This document shows positions 51,900 to 64,000 of a stretch of 64,000 nucleotides of DNA, in pieces. Origin of the DNA: Octopus sinensis. Lineage: Eukaryota. The notes below the pieces were generated by a model. That model was not told where the DNA came from and did not search any database. It saw only the letters and a list, made by a program, of their open reading frames with translations. The stretch lies in NCBI RefSeq assembly GCF_006345805.1, contig NC_043001.1, positions 39,804,001-39,868,000 of the forward strand. Direction: 5' to 3'. A program made the position numbers and the translations under genes. The first letter of the stretch is position 1. Every line of letters starts with the position of its first letter.

Positions 51900-53460
51900 T
51901 CAGGATAGGAAATTATCAGGACAAGACCTGATTACTTGAAACTAGTACAAAAAAAAATGAACTTCTATCAGAATTTTGACATTTATTTGTAAGCTCTCAG
52001 TAGAAATATAAACAAACCAACCTGGTTGGTACTAGCAGAAACAAAACTGGTGAAAACTACCAGCCCTAGAATTCTGTGTATAAAATTTTTATTCTTCCAA
52101 GACATTCTGTTAGTTATAATATCATCACAGCTGAACCAACAGCTGAGAAGAAATGAATTTGAGGGTGTATTGAACAGCCCTTGGTTAACAAAATTATGAT
52201 GTTAAATGCATGATAGCATCGAAGGAACTAGTCTCGCTAGATTACTGGAAGCATTCAGTTCTGTTCTCCACTCATGAATGTTAGAATCTCTTCAACTTGT
52301 TAATGTTCCAGATACATTCATAAGGCTATAAAGAATCTTTGTTCTGGATCAAAATTCTGAAGTTAAATAGAAGAAGTAGCCTTCTTGTCACTGAGATATC
52401 ATCATCATCATCATGGTCGTCGTCGTTCAACGTCCACTTTCCATGCTGGCACGGGTTGGACGGTTTGACTGAGGACTGGTGAGCCAGAAGGCTGCACCAG
52501 GCTTAATCTGATCTGGCAAAGTTTCTACAGCTGGATGCCCTTCCTAATGCCAACCATTCCGAGAGTGTAGTGGATGGTTTTATGTGCCACCGGCATGAGG
52601 GCCAATCAGGCAGTTCTGGCAATGACCATGCTCAAAAGATGTTTTTTTATGTGCTACCTGCACGGGAGTCATTCTGGTGGCGTGATAGACAAGCCATTCC
52701 GGTAGCATGATAGACGAGTCAATGATAGGAGATGTAGAAACTGCCACGACATAATAGTGGTGATAAGAACATAATGGTGCCACCTGTAACAACATAACAA
52801 AGTGGACAGAGGAAACTATATATAATAAACACATTGTAACAGTGGCAATGAGGATATAAACACTTTGTAACAATCATAAGGGTTTAAAAGTAGCTCTTCA
52901 GAAATTATTTCCTGACTTATGATCAGAAATATACAACCAGAGAAGTTGCACAACTCTACTTCAACATCAGAAGAGAAGTTGTATACATATCACAAAAGAT
53001 CATATATGGCTATATGTCAAGAAATTTTCAAAGTGACAGCAACACTGACATCTAGGGTAGTCTATGCTAGACTAACAGCAAGATATTAACTCTTACTTTA
53101 AAGGATATGTTTTTGCAATGCTAGAAAAAGAAATAACAACTACCTGATGCACAAACAGGATATAGATACAAATAAACCAACCAGATACAGCAACTGATGC
53201 AGACTCTCTCGAATTAACAGAGGATATCATTCACATCATAATTAATTGTCTGAGAAATGTAATTAAGATATTACCTCTCTAGGAAATGTAATATCATTAT
53301 TTTTATTGTACAAAATAAAAACATATCCAGAGAAAGGATTATTTTGAGGATACAAATATAAGAAGCTACTGAGATGAGGGAGACATACATACATGCAATA
53401 CCTACATGCATAGCTTAAACATAATATGAACGAATATTCTAATAAAGACTAGCAAAATGT
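51900..53460 (+). mobile_element. Very old RLE-type LINE remnant, interrupted by an RTE tail (52400-52660)
   Basis: Traces of LDY*KAFSSV.HS*MLESL and GYVFAMLEKEITT; recognisable only in patches. Confidence 0.4.
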
Positions 53461-54187
53461 GAGCCTAACAGACGTAATGATCTGAAACATCATTATTATT
53501 TAACTTCCATTCTCTGTGCTAGCATGAGTTGGATAGTTTGACAAGAGCTGGCAAACCGAAAGGCTACACCAGGGACCAGCTGTCTGTTTTGGCAAGATTT
53601 CTACAGCTGGATGTCCTTCCTAATGTCAACCACATTATGAAATGTACTTGGTGCTTTTCATAAGGTGCTGGCATGGGTGCTTTTACATGACTGGGCCACA
53701 TGTGCATTTTACATGGTGTTGGCATGAGAGCTTTTTACAAGGTGTTGGTACAGAGGAGATAAAGAAATAAAAATTAGGCACAGTTAGTTGAAATCAGTTG
53801 TTAACATATTAAAAGCCTTTGAAAAAGAACATATCTATGTTGAGAAATCTCCAGTTTGTCCATCCAGATTATGGTTTTATATTTCTACATACAATTTTTG
53901 GAACACTTCATACCAATTCCCTTGCACTAATCTTAAAGAACTGAGTTTCACAAAATCATCAAGAGATTATAAGTACATGTCATCAAAGACACTATCAAAA
54001 TATGTAAATCATTCAAACCTTTTAGCAGGTAATAAATGCATTTACATATATGTACATGCTTATATGTACACTTGTGAACATGTGTATGCATAAATACCTG
54101 CATTTATCTATCTATCCATATGCATGCACACATGCATGCAAGCATACATGCATGTATGCATACATACATACATACATACATACATTA

Positions 54188-54500
54188 TGGCTGCCCCCTC
54201 GTTATCGAGTATGGCCATTGCACGAAGCTTAACTGTTACTGGTGCTGTGATCGAATGTGACTTTTTAGCCCAGCCAAAGATCTACAATGTCTTGTACAAA
54301 ATTGGCAACGAAAACCTTTAGTGGTAATAGCCAGCTGTAGTTGCAACTGGGCTTCATGTATCTTTGCATGTCGTTTAAGTCCTCCTGCTGAATTACACTC
54401 TCTTTCACATGCCTGACAGATATGATTAGTATGGTGTGTTACACCACCACCAGTGGCCAGGTTGTCACTCATCTGTCTCGTTTTATGACTACAAAGATGA
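54188..54500 (-). mobile_element. LINE 3' end with two C2H2 zinc fingers (RTE-type)
   Basis: CQACERECNSAGGLKRH and CQFCTRHCRSLAGLKSH in ORF 54236..54781, then ATGGCCATACTCG...CAGCCATAAT 3' end. Confidence 0.65.
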
Positions 54501-54569
54501 TTCTTGAATACGTACGTACATACGTACATATGTACAAACGTGCATACGTGCGTACGTACGTACGTACGT

Positions 54570-54790
54570 ACATACATACATACATACATACATACATACA
54601 TACATACATACATACATACATACATACATACATACATACATACATACATACATACATACATACATACATACATACATACATACATACATACATACATACA
54701 TACATACATACATACATACATACATACATACATACATACATACATACATACATACATACATACATACATACATACATACATACATACATA
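54570..54790. repeat. Long pure (TACA)n microsatellite
   Basis: Direct reading, about 220 bp. Confidence 0.97.
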
Positions 54791-54911
54791 ACTTAAAACC
54801 TATGTATGTCACACTATAACCAGAAGGCAGGTTATTTTCTGGTTGAGCACCTTATATTCTAACCTATTCTTTGTAACTGTTATTATTTCTGTCTCTGCGG
54901 TTATATTTTTT

Positions 54912-55214
54912 AAAGCCTGGTACTTATTCTATCAGTCTCTTTTGCTGAACCACTAGGTTAAGGAGACATAAACAAATCAACATTGGCTGTCAAGTAGTGG
55001 TAGGGACAGACACACTGACACAAAGATACATATACATAGGTATATACATATATGTACAATGAGCTTCTTTCAGTTTCCATCAACCAAATCCACTCAGAAA
55101 GCTTTGTCTGATGCCATAGTAGAAGACACTTGCTCAACATGCCATGCAGTGGGACTGAACCTGGAACCATGTGGTTGAGAAGCAAGCTTCTTACCACACA
55201 GCCATGCCTGCACC
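54912..55214 (-). mobile_element. tRNA-derived SINE
   Basis: Reverse-complement homolog of 9971..10270. Confidence 0.8.
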
Positions 55215-56057
55215 TTACATACCATTCTTATTTTTGAAGCATTTTTCTTTTTGAACATCTGTGCTTATATAACAAATAACAAGTACAAAATTTAAAACAG
55301 TGTGTATATATATATATATATGAGTGTTAAATAATGGTTTTGTTTGAATACTTCTTTCCATTTAAAAGTAAAAGCTTCTCTCATTTGTAAAATGGTGCTT
55401 TACTTCAGGATCTGTATCCTGGGTTTTGACCTTTGGAAAGCAGCTGACAATGAGAGATTTTCACTCAGTTTGCCTATCCTACTTCACATACTTATATTGA
55501 AACATCCTGTTATTACAAGGCATCGAACACATTGAGATCCAAATGTACTATTATAAATAATGTACTATTATAAATAAACTTGAAAATTAATGATTTATCA
55601 TTTAAAAATTTTATCATGTTTTTTTTTTTGTGTGTGTGTGTGTGTGTTGCTTTAAATTTTTTTCTGATGTTCCTTCAAGTTTACTTGCTTTTAGAGGATC
55701 CAATTTGGAAGAATTATCGGAGCAACCATTTTCAAAATTTGATATTCTTCCTATTGCTAATATTTCAACTAATGACAGTATTTTATAGGAGTGTAGTAGC
55801 TGAGTGATTAGGAGTTAATAGGGTTCCCAAACCAAGATAACAAACATATTAAGCAATTACTGCAACATTGAATTATTAGTAACTGAGAAGGTAAATTAAC
55901 TTGTACACAAAATAAACCAATACATGGGGAGGTGGGGGTCTCATTATGAATAAGGACGGACAGAAAGAATGCTCCTTTCCAGGTCAGGACAGGAATGAAG
56001 AGAGAACATTAAAATCAAGGAAGAAAATATGTAAATAGAGATTAAACTATGAATTAC

Positions 56058-59000
56058 TGTGGTGTATGCGGGAGATTTGAAATAAAGACACCTACCTTCT
56101 CTTCGTTGACGCAGACCACCATCCAACCAGGAGGGCGCCTTGCACGTTGAGATCTTCTCAGGCTAGGCACCTCGTTCTCCTCTTCTTCACAATTGTCATC
56201 CAATGAAGCGACAATCCTCAAAGGTGCAAGACATGGTGCAGCATTCCATCCATGGAGACGTTGTTTCTGGAATTGACCGCCATCACCATTCCTTTGCTCC
56301 TTTGAGACATACAGTACGCCTTCGGTGACTTAACCCAGATTTCCTCCCCTATTTTCATGCAAGCGGGTCTCTTCTCTTCCTTGTGGCCCTCTGGCGCTTT
56401 ACTCGGATGCCTCTATTCATATTTAAATACCGCTCTGTGTGGCACAGATTCTTCAGCTTGTCCAGATCAGGGAGACATGTTGTACCAGAAAACTGCATCC
56501 AACAGCAAAATGTGCCCTCTTTCCGCTATGGCCTTGACTGTCCAATGGTGCCTCTCTATGATTCCATTACCGCTTGGCCTATACACTGCTCTGAACAAAT
56601 GACGCACTTTCCACTGGTCGAGCATATCCCTCAACGCTTCCAAATGAAACTCTGCCCTGTTGTGCATTAGCAGTTCTTCCACGGGACCCCTCTCTAAAAA
56701 TATCCCGTTCAAAATCTACGCAATCTCGTCAGCAATGCCCATTCTCAACTCCCTCCAAATGGCCACCCAGCCTGCAGTCGACCATAGAGAGATACATTCC
56801 CTGACAGTAGTGCGTCACATCCACAACTAGCCTTTTCCAGTTGTGCTCCACCGAAGGGTTTCCTTGCTCATGTCCACACAGAGTAGGGTCAATGGACTGA
56901 CACCTGTCGCAGCTCCCAACCACTTTCCGGATACTTCTCCTAGTAATGTCAGCATCAATTTTCTTCACGAGATACAGGGTTCTGTCCACACCCGAGTGAT
57001 GTATAGCATGCAGTCTCTTCAGTTCAGAGTCATCCAACCGACACGCTGCAGCTATCCCTTTCTGTGCCTCCTCCAGTTCCTCCAACCATGCTCTGTTTAC
57101 CCTGGTCAGTGCGTCTGCCCTGTTTCTCTTCAAAGACACGAAAACCGCGTTCAGCTTCAGTCTGAACTCTGCAATCAATTCTCCTAGAACTCCTAGATGG
57201 CACTTCACCAACATCTCCGCGGCACCTTTCGTCCGAACTCTCCTCTCACTGGTGATCCCTGATCCAACTCAGCCAAGCACAGTGGCCGAATCCGCCCGGA
57301 TTTCGATTGAGCACAGTCCCCATTTCAGGGCCAAGTTCACCCCTTTCAGCACTGTATCTAATTCGGTGACATTGATGTGATTAAAGTCATCTGCTTTCAG
57401 AAGCCAGGCCGTGTCCTCCACCTCAGTGCCTTCAATCTCCAACACAACCCCTATCGCTATACTGCTAGCATCACACCAGACGGTCCCGCATTCCATCTTG
57501 GGCACATACCAGTTTCCCCTGACCGGGTCTTTCGCTCTCGTCCTCTCTAGGATTTCCTGCATCATCGCCACTGTCCCTTCTCCCGCCCGTGCACAGCCGT
57601 CCAGCGATCGGGTAGTGACCGACCAACTTCCCACACACCGAGAACAGCTCTCTCCTGCTGACACTGGAACTCAGCTCTGGGATTTCATTCCCTCTCCAGA
57701 ACACCAACTCACCCGATCTATCTTTTCGCAGCTTCAGCCCCAGTGCAGCTCCCCCTTCCATCGACTCCGGTGGCTTTGCAATCTGTCCGAACTTCTCCAG
57801 ATGTTTCACTACCTCTTTGGCTGGCACTACAGTTTCGTCCACCAAAATGTCATCTATGTAGGAACTGTTGGCCTATCTAATCTTGTCCTCTTTCCCTAGG
57901 ACGGACTTAAGCACTGCTGCCATGATCTTCGGAGTGGAATTCAGTCCAAAACCCAGCCTGATTAAACAGTATGTTCGGCCCTTGTACTGCACCAGCTGAT
58001 ATAGCCACAGTTTGTCACTCACATGGAGCTGCAAGTATGCCGATTTCAAGTCGACAATCGTCGCTGCCTTGGTCGACCGTCTCCACGCACGTAACGTCTC
58101 GCCACAAACGTCCGTCGTCTCACCTCCCGTGTATAATGATATATGCTCGTTTAGCTCTCTGAAGTCCTGCACCGGTCTGACTTTTCCCTTCGTCGGCTGC
58201 ACCACCGCCATCAGAGGTAGCACTCCACCCACTACCTCCTCCTCCCACGGGACAAGGACCCTTTCCTCGATCCACCTCTCCACCTCATCTTCAAACTCGA
58301 CCCTGGCGTGACCTTTCAGCGTATGCTGGTAGCAGCTTACTCTGTTTTTCAGCATCGGGAGCTCGTCCTTCCATCGCCACTCTATCGTCCACCGCTGACC
58401 ATCGAACGCCGCCTGAAAATCTTTGTCCTCGATGGTGTAAGCGGCGCAGTCCTTCGTGGGGCTCTGCCTCTCTGGCGGTCCTGACTCACAGCGCACGACA
58501 CCCCCACGCTTCCGAACGTAACCTCATCTCCTACAATACTGACGCCACTGAGGCAGTTGATGGCGTCCATCCCCATCACCACATCAACCCCGTCTATCAC
58601 GCATTCAACCACAATTACCTGCAGCCTTAGCACCGCACCTCACACCACTATCTCTACCTTGCTGCTGCCTTTGCAACGGATTTCGCTGCCGTCGACCGCC
58701 CGAACGCTACTTGCTCCATTCCATTTCCTCGTCACCCTTGAAGTCACGAGGGTGGTCGTGCAACCCGTATCCACGAGGGCCTTAAACGTTTTTCCCTTGG
58801 CCTCGACATCAATTAAGGGCAGCGTCTCCAAAAGCGCCTCTACTCGTTTGCGGGAAAGTTCGAGAGGCAGCAACTTCCCCACGGTCGTTTCCCTGGTTGA
58901 AATCACGGGCGATGTGCCCTGTCTGCCTGCATCGATAGCAGATGAGCCCCTGTTGCATACACTCCCTCGCCATGTGCAGCCCCTGATATCTAAAACACCG

Positions 59001-59909
59001 GCCTGAGAACGACCGCTGTCGTTGCACGGTAGATTTCTTAGCGTCTTTCTCCGGCCATCGTCCGTCTTTATGCGCCTCCATTACCGCCATCGCTATCGCC
59101 TTCCGTCCAGTGTTTCGCGTCAACACGCGGGCTAGAGTCACAAGTTCGCTCAGTGCCATATTTTTGCTCTCGGGTAAGTGTTGCAGTCGAGTCCCTACGT
59201 CGTCAGGGAACCCACTTACGAACACCAGTGACGCTGCTCTCTCTAGGCCTTCTCCTGCAAACCCAGCCAGCGTGGCTAACCTTCTCGCCTCTGCCGCGTA
59301 TTCATCCACCTGTTCTCCCGTCCATCTAATCGTGCCCAGCTTAACAAAGGCTGTGTACTTACACTCTGTGTAAGCATCTTTCAGACGTTGCTAAATCTTC
59401 CCTCCCTCAGACGTTCTTCTTCGTCCATCTCAAGATATAGATTCAACGCGCTCCCTTCCAAATACAGTGTCATAAGGCTTGCCACGTCGCTAATGCCTTG
59501 CAGTCTCGCCACAAGCCTGATTTTACGCATCCAGGCCACTACATCGACCTCACCATTAAAGGGTCTGATAACGTCGCTGGCGATCCTGATTTTAGCTGCC
59601 ATTGTGGTGATGTCTTATATGGAGTGCCGAAATAGCTTGTGGTGTATGCGGGAGATTTGAAATAAAGACACCTACCTTCTCTTCGTCGACGCAGACCCCT
59701 CCGGCGGTAACGCACCCTTCCACGTGACCCGACCCGAACGCTAAAAATAGCAGCTACCTTGACAAAGCGCTCACACGTCCAGCTCTGTCGGTTACCCCTA
59801 TTGAAAAGGTCCAATGCTCCCCTGCCTGCACGCGTGTCACTCCTGCCCCTTCCTCTTCCGGTCAGCCATAAGTTCTGGTCAGTTCCCCGGCTGCTGACAT
59901 CATCTCACA
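56058..59909 (-). mobile_element. Compact Gypsy-like LTR retrotransposon (gag with two CCHC-like knuckles, PR, RT, RH, IN), pseudogenised
   Basis: ALVDTG; DLKSAYLQ...LGFGL...YIDD; WCDAS; integrase GIIERHH; 272-bp LTR 59638-59909 (TGTG..CACA); only 60 bp of the other LTR (56058-56117); flanks ATTAC/ATTAA. Confidence 0.88.
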
Positions 59910-60100
59910 ATTAAATTTAAGATTTGGAAGGGTAATTGTTAAGTATGATAGTACACGAAATAGTAAGATGAATTAAATGATGTGAAAAATTAAAGCGAGG
60001 AGTCAATAATAAAAAAAACTTCTCTCATCATAGTTTTCAACAAGCACACAGAAAAAAATCAGTGAGGGTAACCATTTGAGGAGCCATGAGGTCAGGGGAC

Positions 60101-60214
<114 letters not shown>

Positions 60215-60321
60215 TCAGATGAATATGGTACTTAAGTTGAGGCACCAAAATTTAGTACGGTATTATCCATACAATCTCAAGATAAGGCGATTAAAATCAA
60301 AATAAGTAACAAATAAGTATA

Positions 60322-60947
60322 CAAATCTTTGTATATCTAAGGCCGAGAGAACAAGGTGCAGTGTCAGTTAGGAATAGGGCTGAGGGAATCGACAGAAATC
60401 ATAGTGGGTATAGTCATAAAAATAAAAATAAAAAAATAAATAAATAAACTATCAAGATTTATTCGAAGCAACATCATGAGATTTGGTGAAGGAAAACTTA
60501 AATCAAGATGTTAGCTGAAAATTAAGGGGAGCCGGCCACTAGCAGACCATTGATAATGAAACAGGGGAAATCTTATCATGTAGTACTATAGTTAAATATT
60601 TGAAACAATATTGCTATATTGTATAAAGTTAAAATTTATACTTAAACATAAGGCGAATTGTATGTCATTATCTAGTAAGATTTGGGAATTGAAGGAAAGT
60701 GGAATTGGGTTTGGCCTCAAATGGGAAGAACAGCCTTATAGAAATAGCAGATATGGGTGTGAGCTGTGCTCTATGAAAACATATGAACTTTTCCTTTACC
60801 AAATCTCATGATATTGCTTCTCATAAATCTTGATGGATTTTTCCTATTTTTATGACTATACCCACTATGATATCTGTCAACTCCCTCAGCCGTATTCCTA
60901 ACTGACACTGCCCCTTGTTCTCTCGGCCTTAGATATACAAAGATTTG
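60322..60947 (+). mobile_element. PLE endonuclease remnant between 103-bp inverted repeats
   Basis: Arms 60322-60424 and 60845-60947; interior SLSSKIWELKESG...KW...PY...CELC. Confidence 0.6.
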
Positions 60948-61269
60948 ATAAAACTAGTCTACACATTAAAACTGACCCCATAAAAGTGACAAGCAAATCT
61001 GTAACAAGTCTTTCTTCTTGATACCTTAGTAGCTTCTAAGCTGAAGTGAAGGCAGCATGTTCTTTGTCTACTTCCTTATCTTCTAGGAGAGTTTTGGTAA
61101 AATTATACTAATGTGACCAGCTGTTTTAATTTATTTAAATTCTGTCTTTACGCAGCTGAGGATTGCTCTGAATTTAAATTGATGTAATGGTTGCATTGTT
61201 CAATCAAATTGAGTTGTGTGAAATGATCGTACTGCATTACCTCTGGATATCCTTGTTGCTTATTTTGAT

Positions 61270-61337
<68 letters not shown>

Positions 61338-61466
61338 TAAAAGGAATTCCAACCTTGTCTGATTTTCACGTTTTATTTACATTCTTATAATGATATATTA
61401 TAAGATAATATATTATAATTGAATAAAATAAAATGAAATAGTAGAATGTTAAATGTTCATTCTGAT

Positions 61467-61511
61467 TGAACTAGTACTTTCATGCATTGAATTCTGCAAT
61501 CTTCGGGTTCA
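61467..61511 (-). ncRNA. Hammerhead ribozyme motif with a U4-to-C change, in the inverted PLE arm
   Basis: TGAAC-CCGAAGA-T-TGCA gaattcaa TGCA-T-GAAAGTACTA-GTTCA: 5-bp stem I, 4-bp stem II, palindromic AGTACT stem III, CUA site. Confidence 0.6.
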
Positions 61512-62078
61512 TGTAGTAGTGTTGACAGTCATGCTTCACAATTTTTGACTGTAGCAAGATGATTGATTCTGTGCTATAAATACAGCTGGGTAGGCTCCAG
61601 AGTGCTAGGTTTTGCAAACTGTATTCTGACCAATCAGTGTGTAGTATCACTCAATTACTTAAGCTGATTGGTTGGTTGAGCTGATTGGTTTAGGCATCAC
61701 GCTTTGTTGGACATGTCAAGAGTCCTGTATCTTGACCCTGGCCGAAGCAGCAATTGTTGGGTTATTTTTAGAAATGTTGTAAATATCCTTTGCCAGAGGT
61801 TTTTATATTTTTATATTTCAATTGTCATCATCATCATTGTCAGCACCTTAATTATTGTTGCTAGTGGTGATGGTGGTGGCAATAGAACTTTTAACCCTAA
61901 ATAAGATAATTTTCCTGCTATCTTCATCTTGATCACCTTTAGTATTGTTGTTGTTGTTAGTGGTCATGGTCGTAGCAGTGGAAGTAATACCTCTAAGTAT
62001 TATTATTATTGCTTATTTAGCTTGTGTTCGAATTTATCAATAAAATTCTTTTCTCTGATTCTCCTCTCGATTTCACTT

Positions 62079-63926
62079 GGTGCAATTGTTATTATGGATA
62101 CCGAATACTATAAGGATTTGGTTGAAGACCAACTGAAGGATACAACCTTCTATTGTGAAATACCCGCAAATATAGACCACCACATCATGAAAAAGATCAA
62201 CAACCTGATCTCAACACACCACAACTCACTTACGGATAATGAAAAAGACTACATCACCAATTTCGAACCAAAACCCAGCAACTTCTACGGCTTACCAAAA
62301 ATACACAAATCAAAAAATATTCAACAGGCAGTAAAAGAACAAGAAAGTGAGTACATAAAATTATTACATCCAAAAGACCTAAAACTTAGACCTATTATAG
62401 CTGGTCCAGCATGCCCTACACACCGTCTAAGCAATTTTATTGACATTGTTTTGAAACCACTATGTACTTACATACCAAGTTTCATCAGGGATGACATCGA
62501 CTTCCTGTCCCATCTTCCCAAAACAACAGAAACAAATTCAGTTTTACTAAGTTTTGATGTGGTAAGCCTCTACACCAATATTCCACACGATTTAGGAATA
62601 AAGGCGATTAAATACTGGTTAGAAAAACATAGAGAAGTGATTCCCAGCAGATTCACAGTGCCATTTATATTAGACACAGTCAAACTTATTCTAGAAAATA
62701 ACACATTCTTCTTCAATGGAAAGAATTACATCCAAATTAGAGGCACGGCGATGGGAACGAGGTTTGCTCCCGTTTACGCCAACTCTGTAATGGGATACTT
62801 AGAACAACAACTCTACCAAGAGGTGGAGGTAAACTATGGCACTGGATTTAGAAAGTATATTGAAAAGGCATGGAAGAGATATCTAGACGACTGCTTCATA
62901 ATCTGGACAGAATCTCTAAATACTCTGGAAGAGTTCAATATCCTCCTGAACAACCTACACCCATCTCTCCAATTTACAAAGGAGATGAGTAGTACCAAAT
63001 TACCATTCCTAGATATAATGGTAATTAAAAAAGACACCACCATCACCACAGATATATACTATAAACACTCAGACACACATCAATACCTAAATTTTAAGTC
63101 GTGCCATCCACCACATACAAAACGTAACATCCCATACTGCCTAGCCAGAAGAATTTGTACCATTGTAGAAGATGCAAATATCAGGAACAAACGCCAAATA
63201 GAACTAAGAGAATTTTTGCTCAAACAAAAATACCCATCTCTACTTATAGAAAATGGCATACAGCAGGCTATAAAAATACCCATACAACAACTTAGGACAA
63301 CCCAAGGAAGAGGAAAACAAGAACAAGTCATACCATTCATAGTGACACACAACCCATGTCACCAGAATATCTTCAACATTGCCAAAGCAAACCTACCAAT
63401 CATTGCCCAAAGTAATGAATTAAAAGACATAATCACGGATCGAGCTATGGTGCTTAGTAAAAGACAGCCTAAAAACTTGAAAACATTACTAACAAAGGCA
63501 AAATTTGACCTTAGCAACAAAGACCAAACATTCACGGTATCTAAATGCAATGATAGCCGATGTGGCACATGCCAATTCATACATACCGGTCAATATATAA
63601 ACACAAAAACCGGGAAAATATTCACAAACGCGAATATGAACTGCAAAAGCAGAAATTTAATTTACTGCATCAAATGCCCAAATTGTGAAGAAATATATGT
63701 AGGTCAGACGTGAAACGCACTATTAGAACGCTCACGTGTACACCGGCAACAGATTAGAGACCCAGAGGTCCGTCAGATACCTTTGAGTAACCACCTAGCA
63801 ACATGTGGCCGGAAAATGTATATAATATTTCCGTTCTACAAATTACACAGCCCAAGTGAAATCGAGAGGAGAATCAGAGAAAAGAATTTTATTGATAAAT
63901 TCGAACACAAGCTAAATAAGCAATAA
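62079..63926 (+). pseudogene. PLE RT plus GIY-YIG frame, open except for one TGA at 63711-63713
   Basis: GAIVIMD, FYGLPKIHK, SFDVVSLYTNIP, GTAMGT, RYLDD, CNDSRCGTC, NLIYCIKC...YVGQT*; frame continues 70 codons to TAA. Confidence 0.9.
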
Positions 63927-64000
63927 TAATAATACTTAGAGGTATTACTTCCACTGCTACGACCATGACCACTAACAACAACAACAATACTAAAGGTGAT

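Larger units (their letters stand above)
61380..64000 (+). mobile_element. Second 5'-truncated Neptune-type PLE with an inverted copy of its 3' end placed upstream; runs off the window
   Basis: 61932-62080 is the reverse complement of 63852-64000; outer limit of the left arm estimated. Confidence 0.88.

Noticed and set aside
53790-54010. Stop-riddled minus-strand frame that looks protein-like (KLYVEI*NHNLDGQTGDF)
   Set aside because: I could not assign it to any family without a database search.
7340-54812. Many ORFs of [12 protein letters not shown], poly-D/I/H/M type
   Set aside because: They are translations of TA, TACA, CA and GAT microsatellites with no coding signature.
55693-55787. 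Plus-strand terminal exon candidate (GSNLEELSEQPFSKFDILPIANISTNDSIL*)
   Set aside because: There is a plausible acceptor but no partner exons or recognisable domain; such sites are expected by chance in AT-rich DNA.
61929-62080. Signal or transmembrane-like N-terminus on the 594-aa ORF
   Set aside because: It is the antisense reading of the inverted 3' arm, not part of the PLE protein.
63711-63713. In-frame TGA as selenocysteine
   Set aside because: The aligned residue in the 39.7-kb PLE is Lys rather than Cys and I saw no SECIS downstream; a nonsense mutation is simpler.

Overview
Repeat-saturated, AT-rich animal genomic DNA. The repeat repertoire (RTE LINEs with (GAT)n tails, tRNA-headed SINEs ending in GTAAAAGAG, Penelope-like elements, dense TA/CA/TACA microsatellites) fits a coleoid cephalopod such as octopus; this is inference. 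The only host gene I can reconstruct is on the minus strand: a signal-peptide exon (21762-21708) and two phase-1/phase-1 Ig-like exons (16719-16441, 13618-13307), encoding a secreted or cell-surface glycoprotein whose remaining exons I could not identify with confidence. The rest is mostly decayed, often nested transposons: R4/Dong-like, RTE and CR1-like LINEs; two Gypsy LTR elements plus a gag remnant; hAT, mariner, Tc1, piggyBac and Helitron derivatives; and several Penelope-like elements (PLEs). The strongest hidden signal is a set of at least seven hammerhead-ribozyme (HHR) motifs in PLE-type termini, all folded by eye. They include a mirror-image pair with a compensatory U3-A8 core in the inverted arms of one PLE, and an HHR inside a tRNA-headed, SINE-like non-coding element. 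A second PLE derivative joins a SINE head to an RT-less GIY-YIG frame, a SECIS-like hairpin and an HHR. There is also an apparently perfect 239-bp-arm palindrome built from doubled Tc1-type termini. No CRISPR, rRNA or true tRNA genes were found. Coordinates of decayed elements are approximate.
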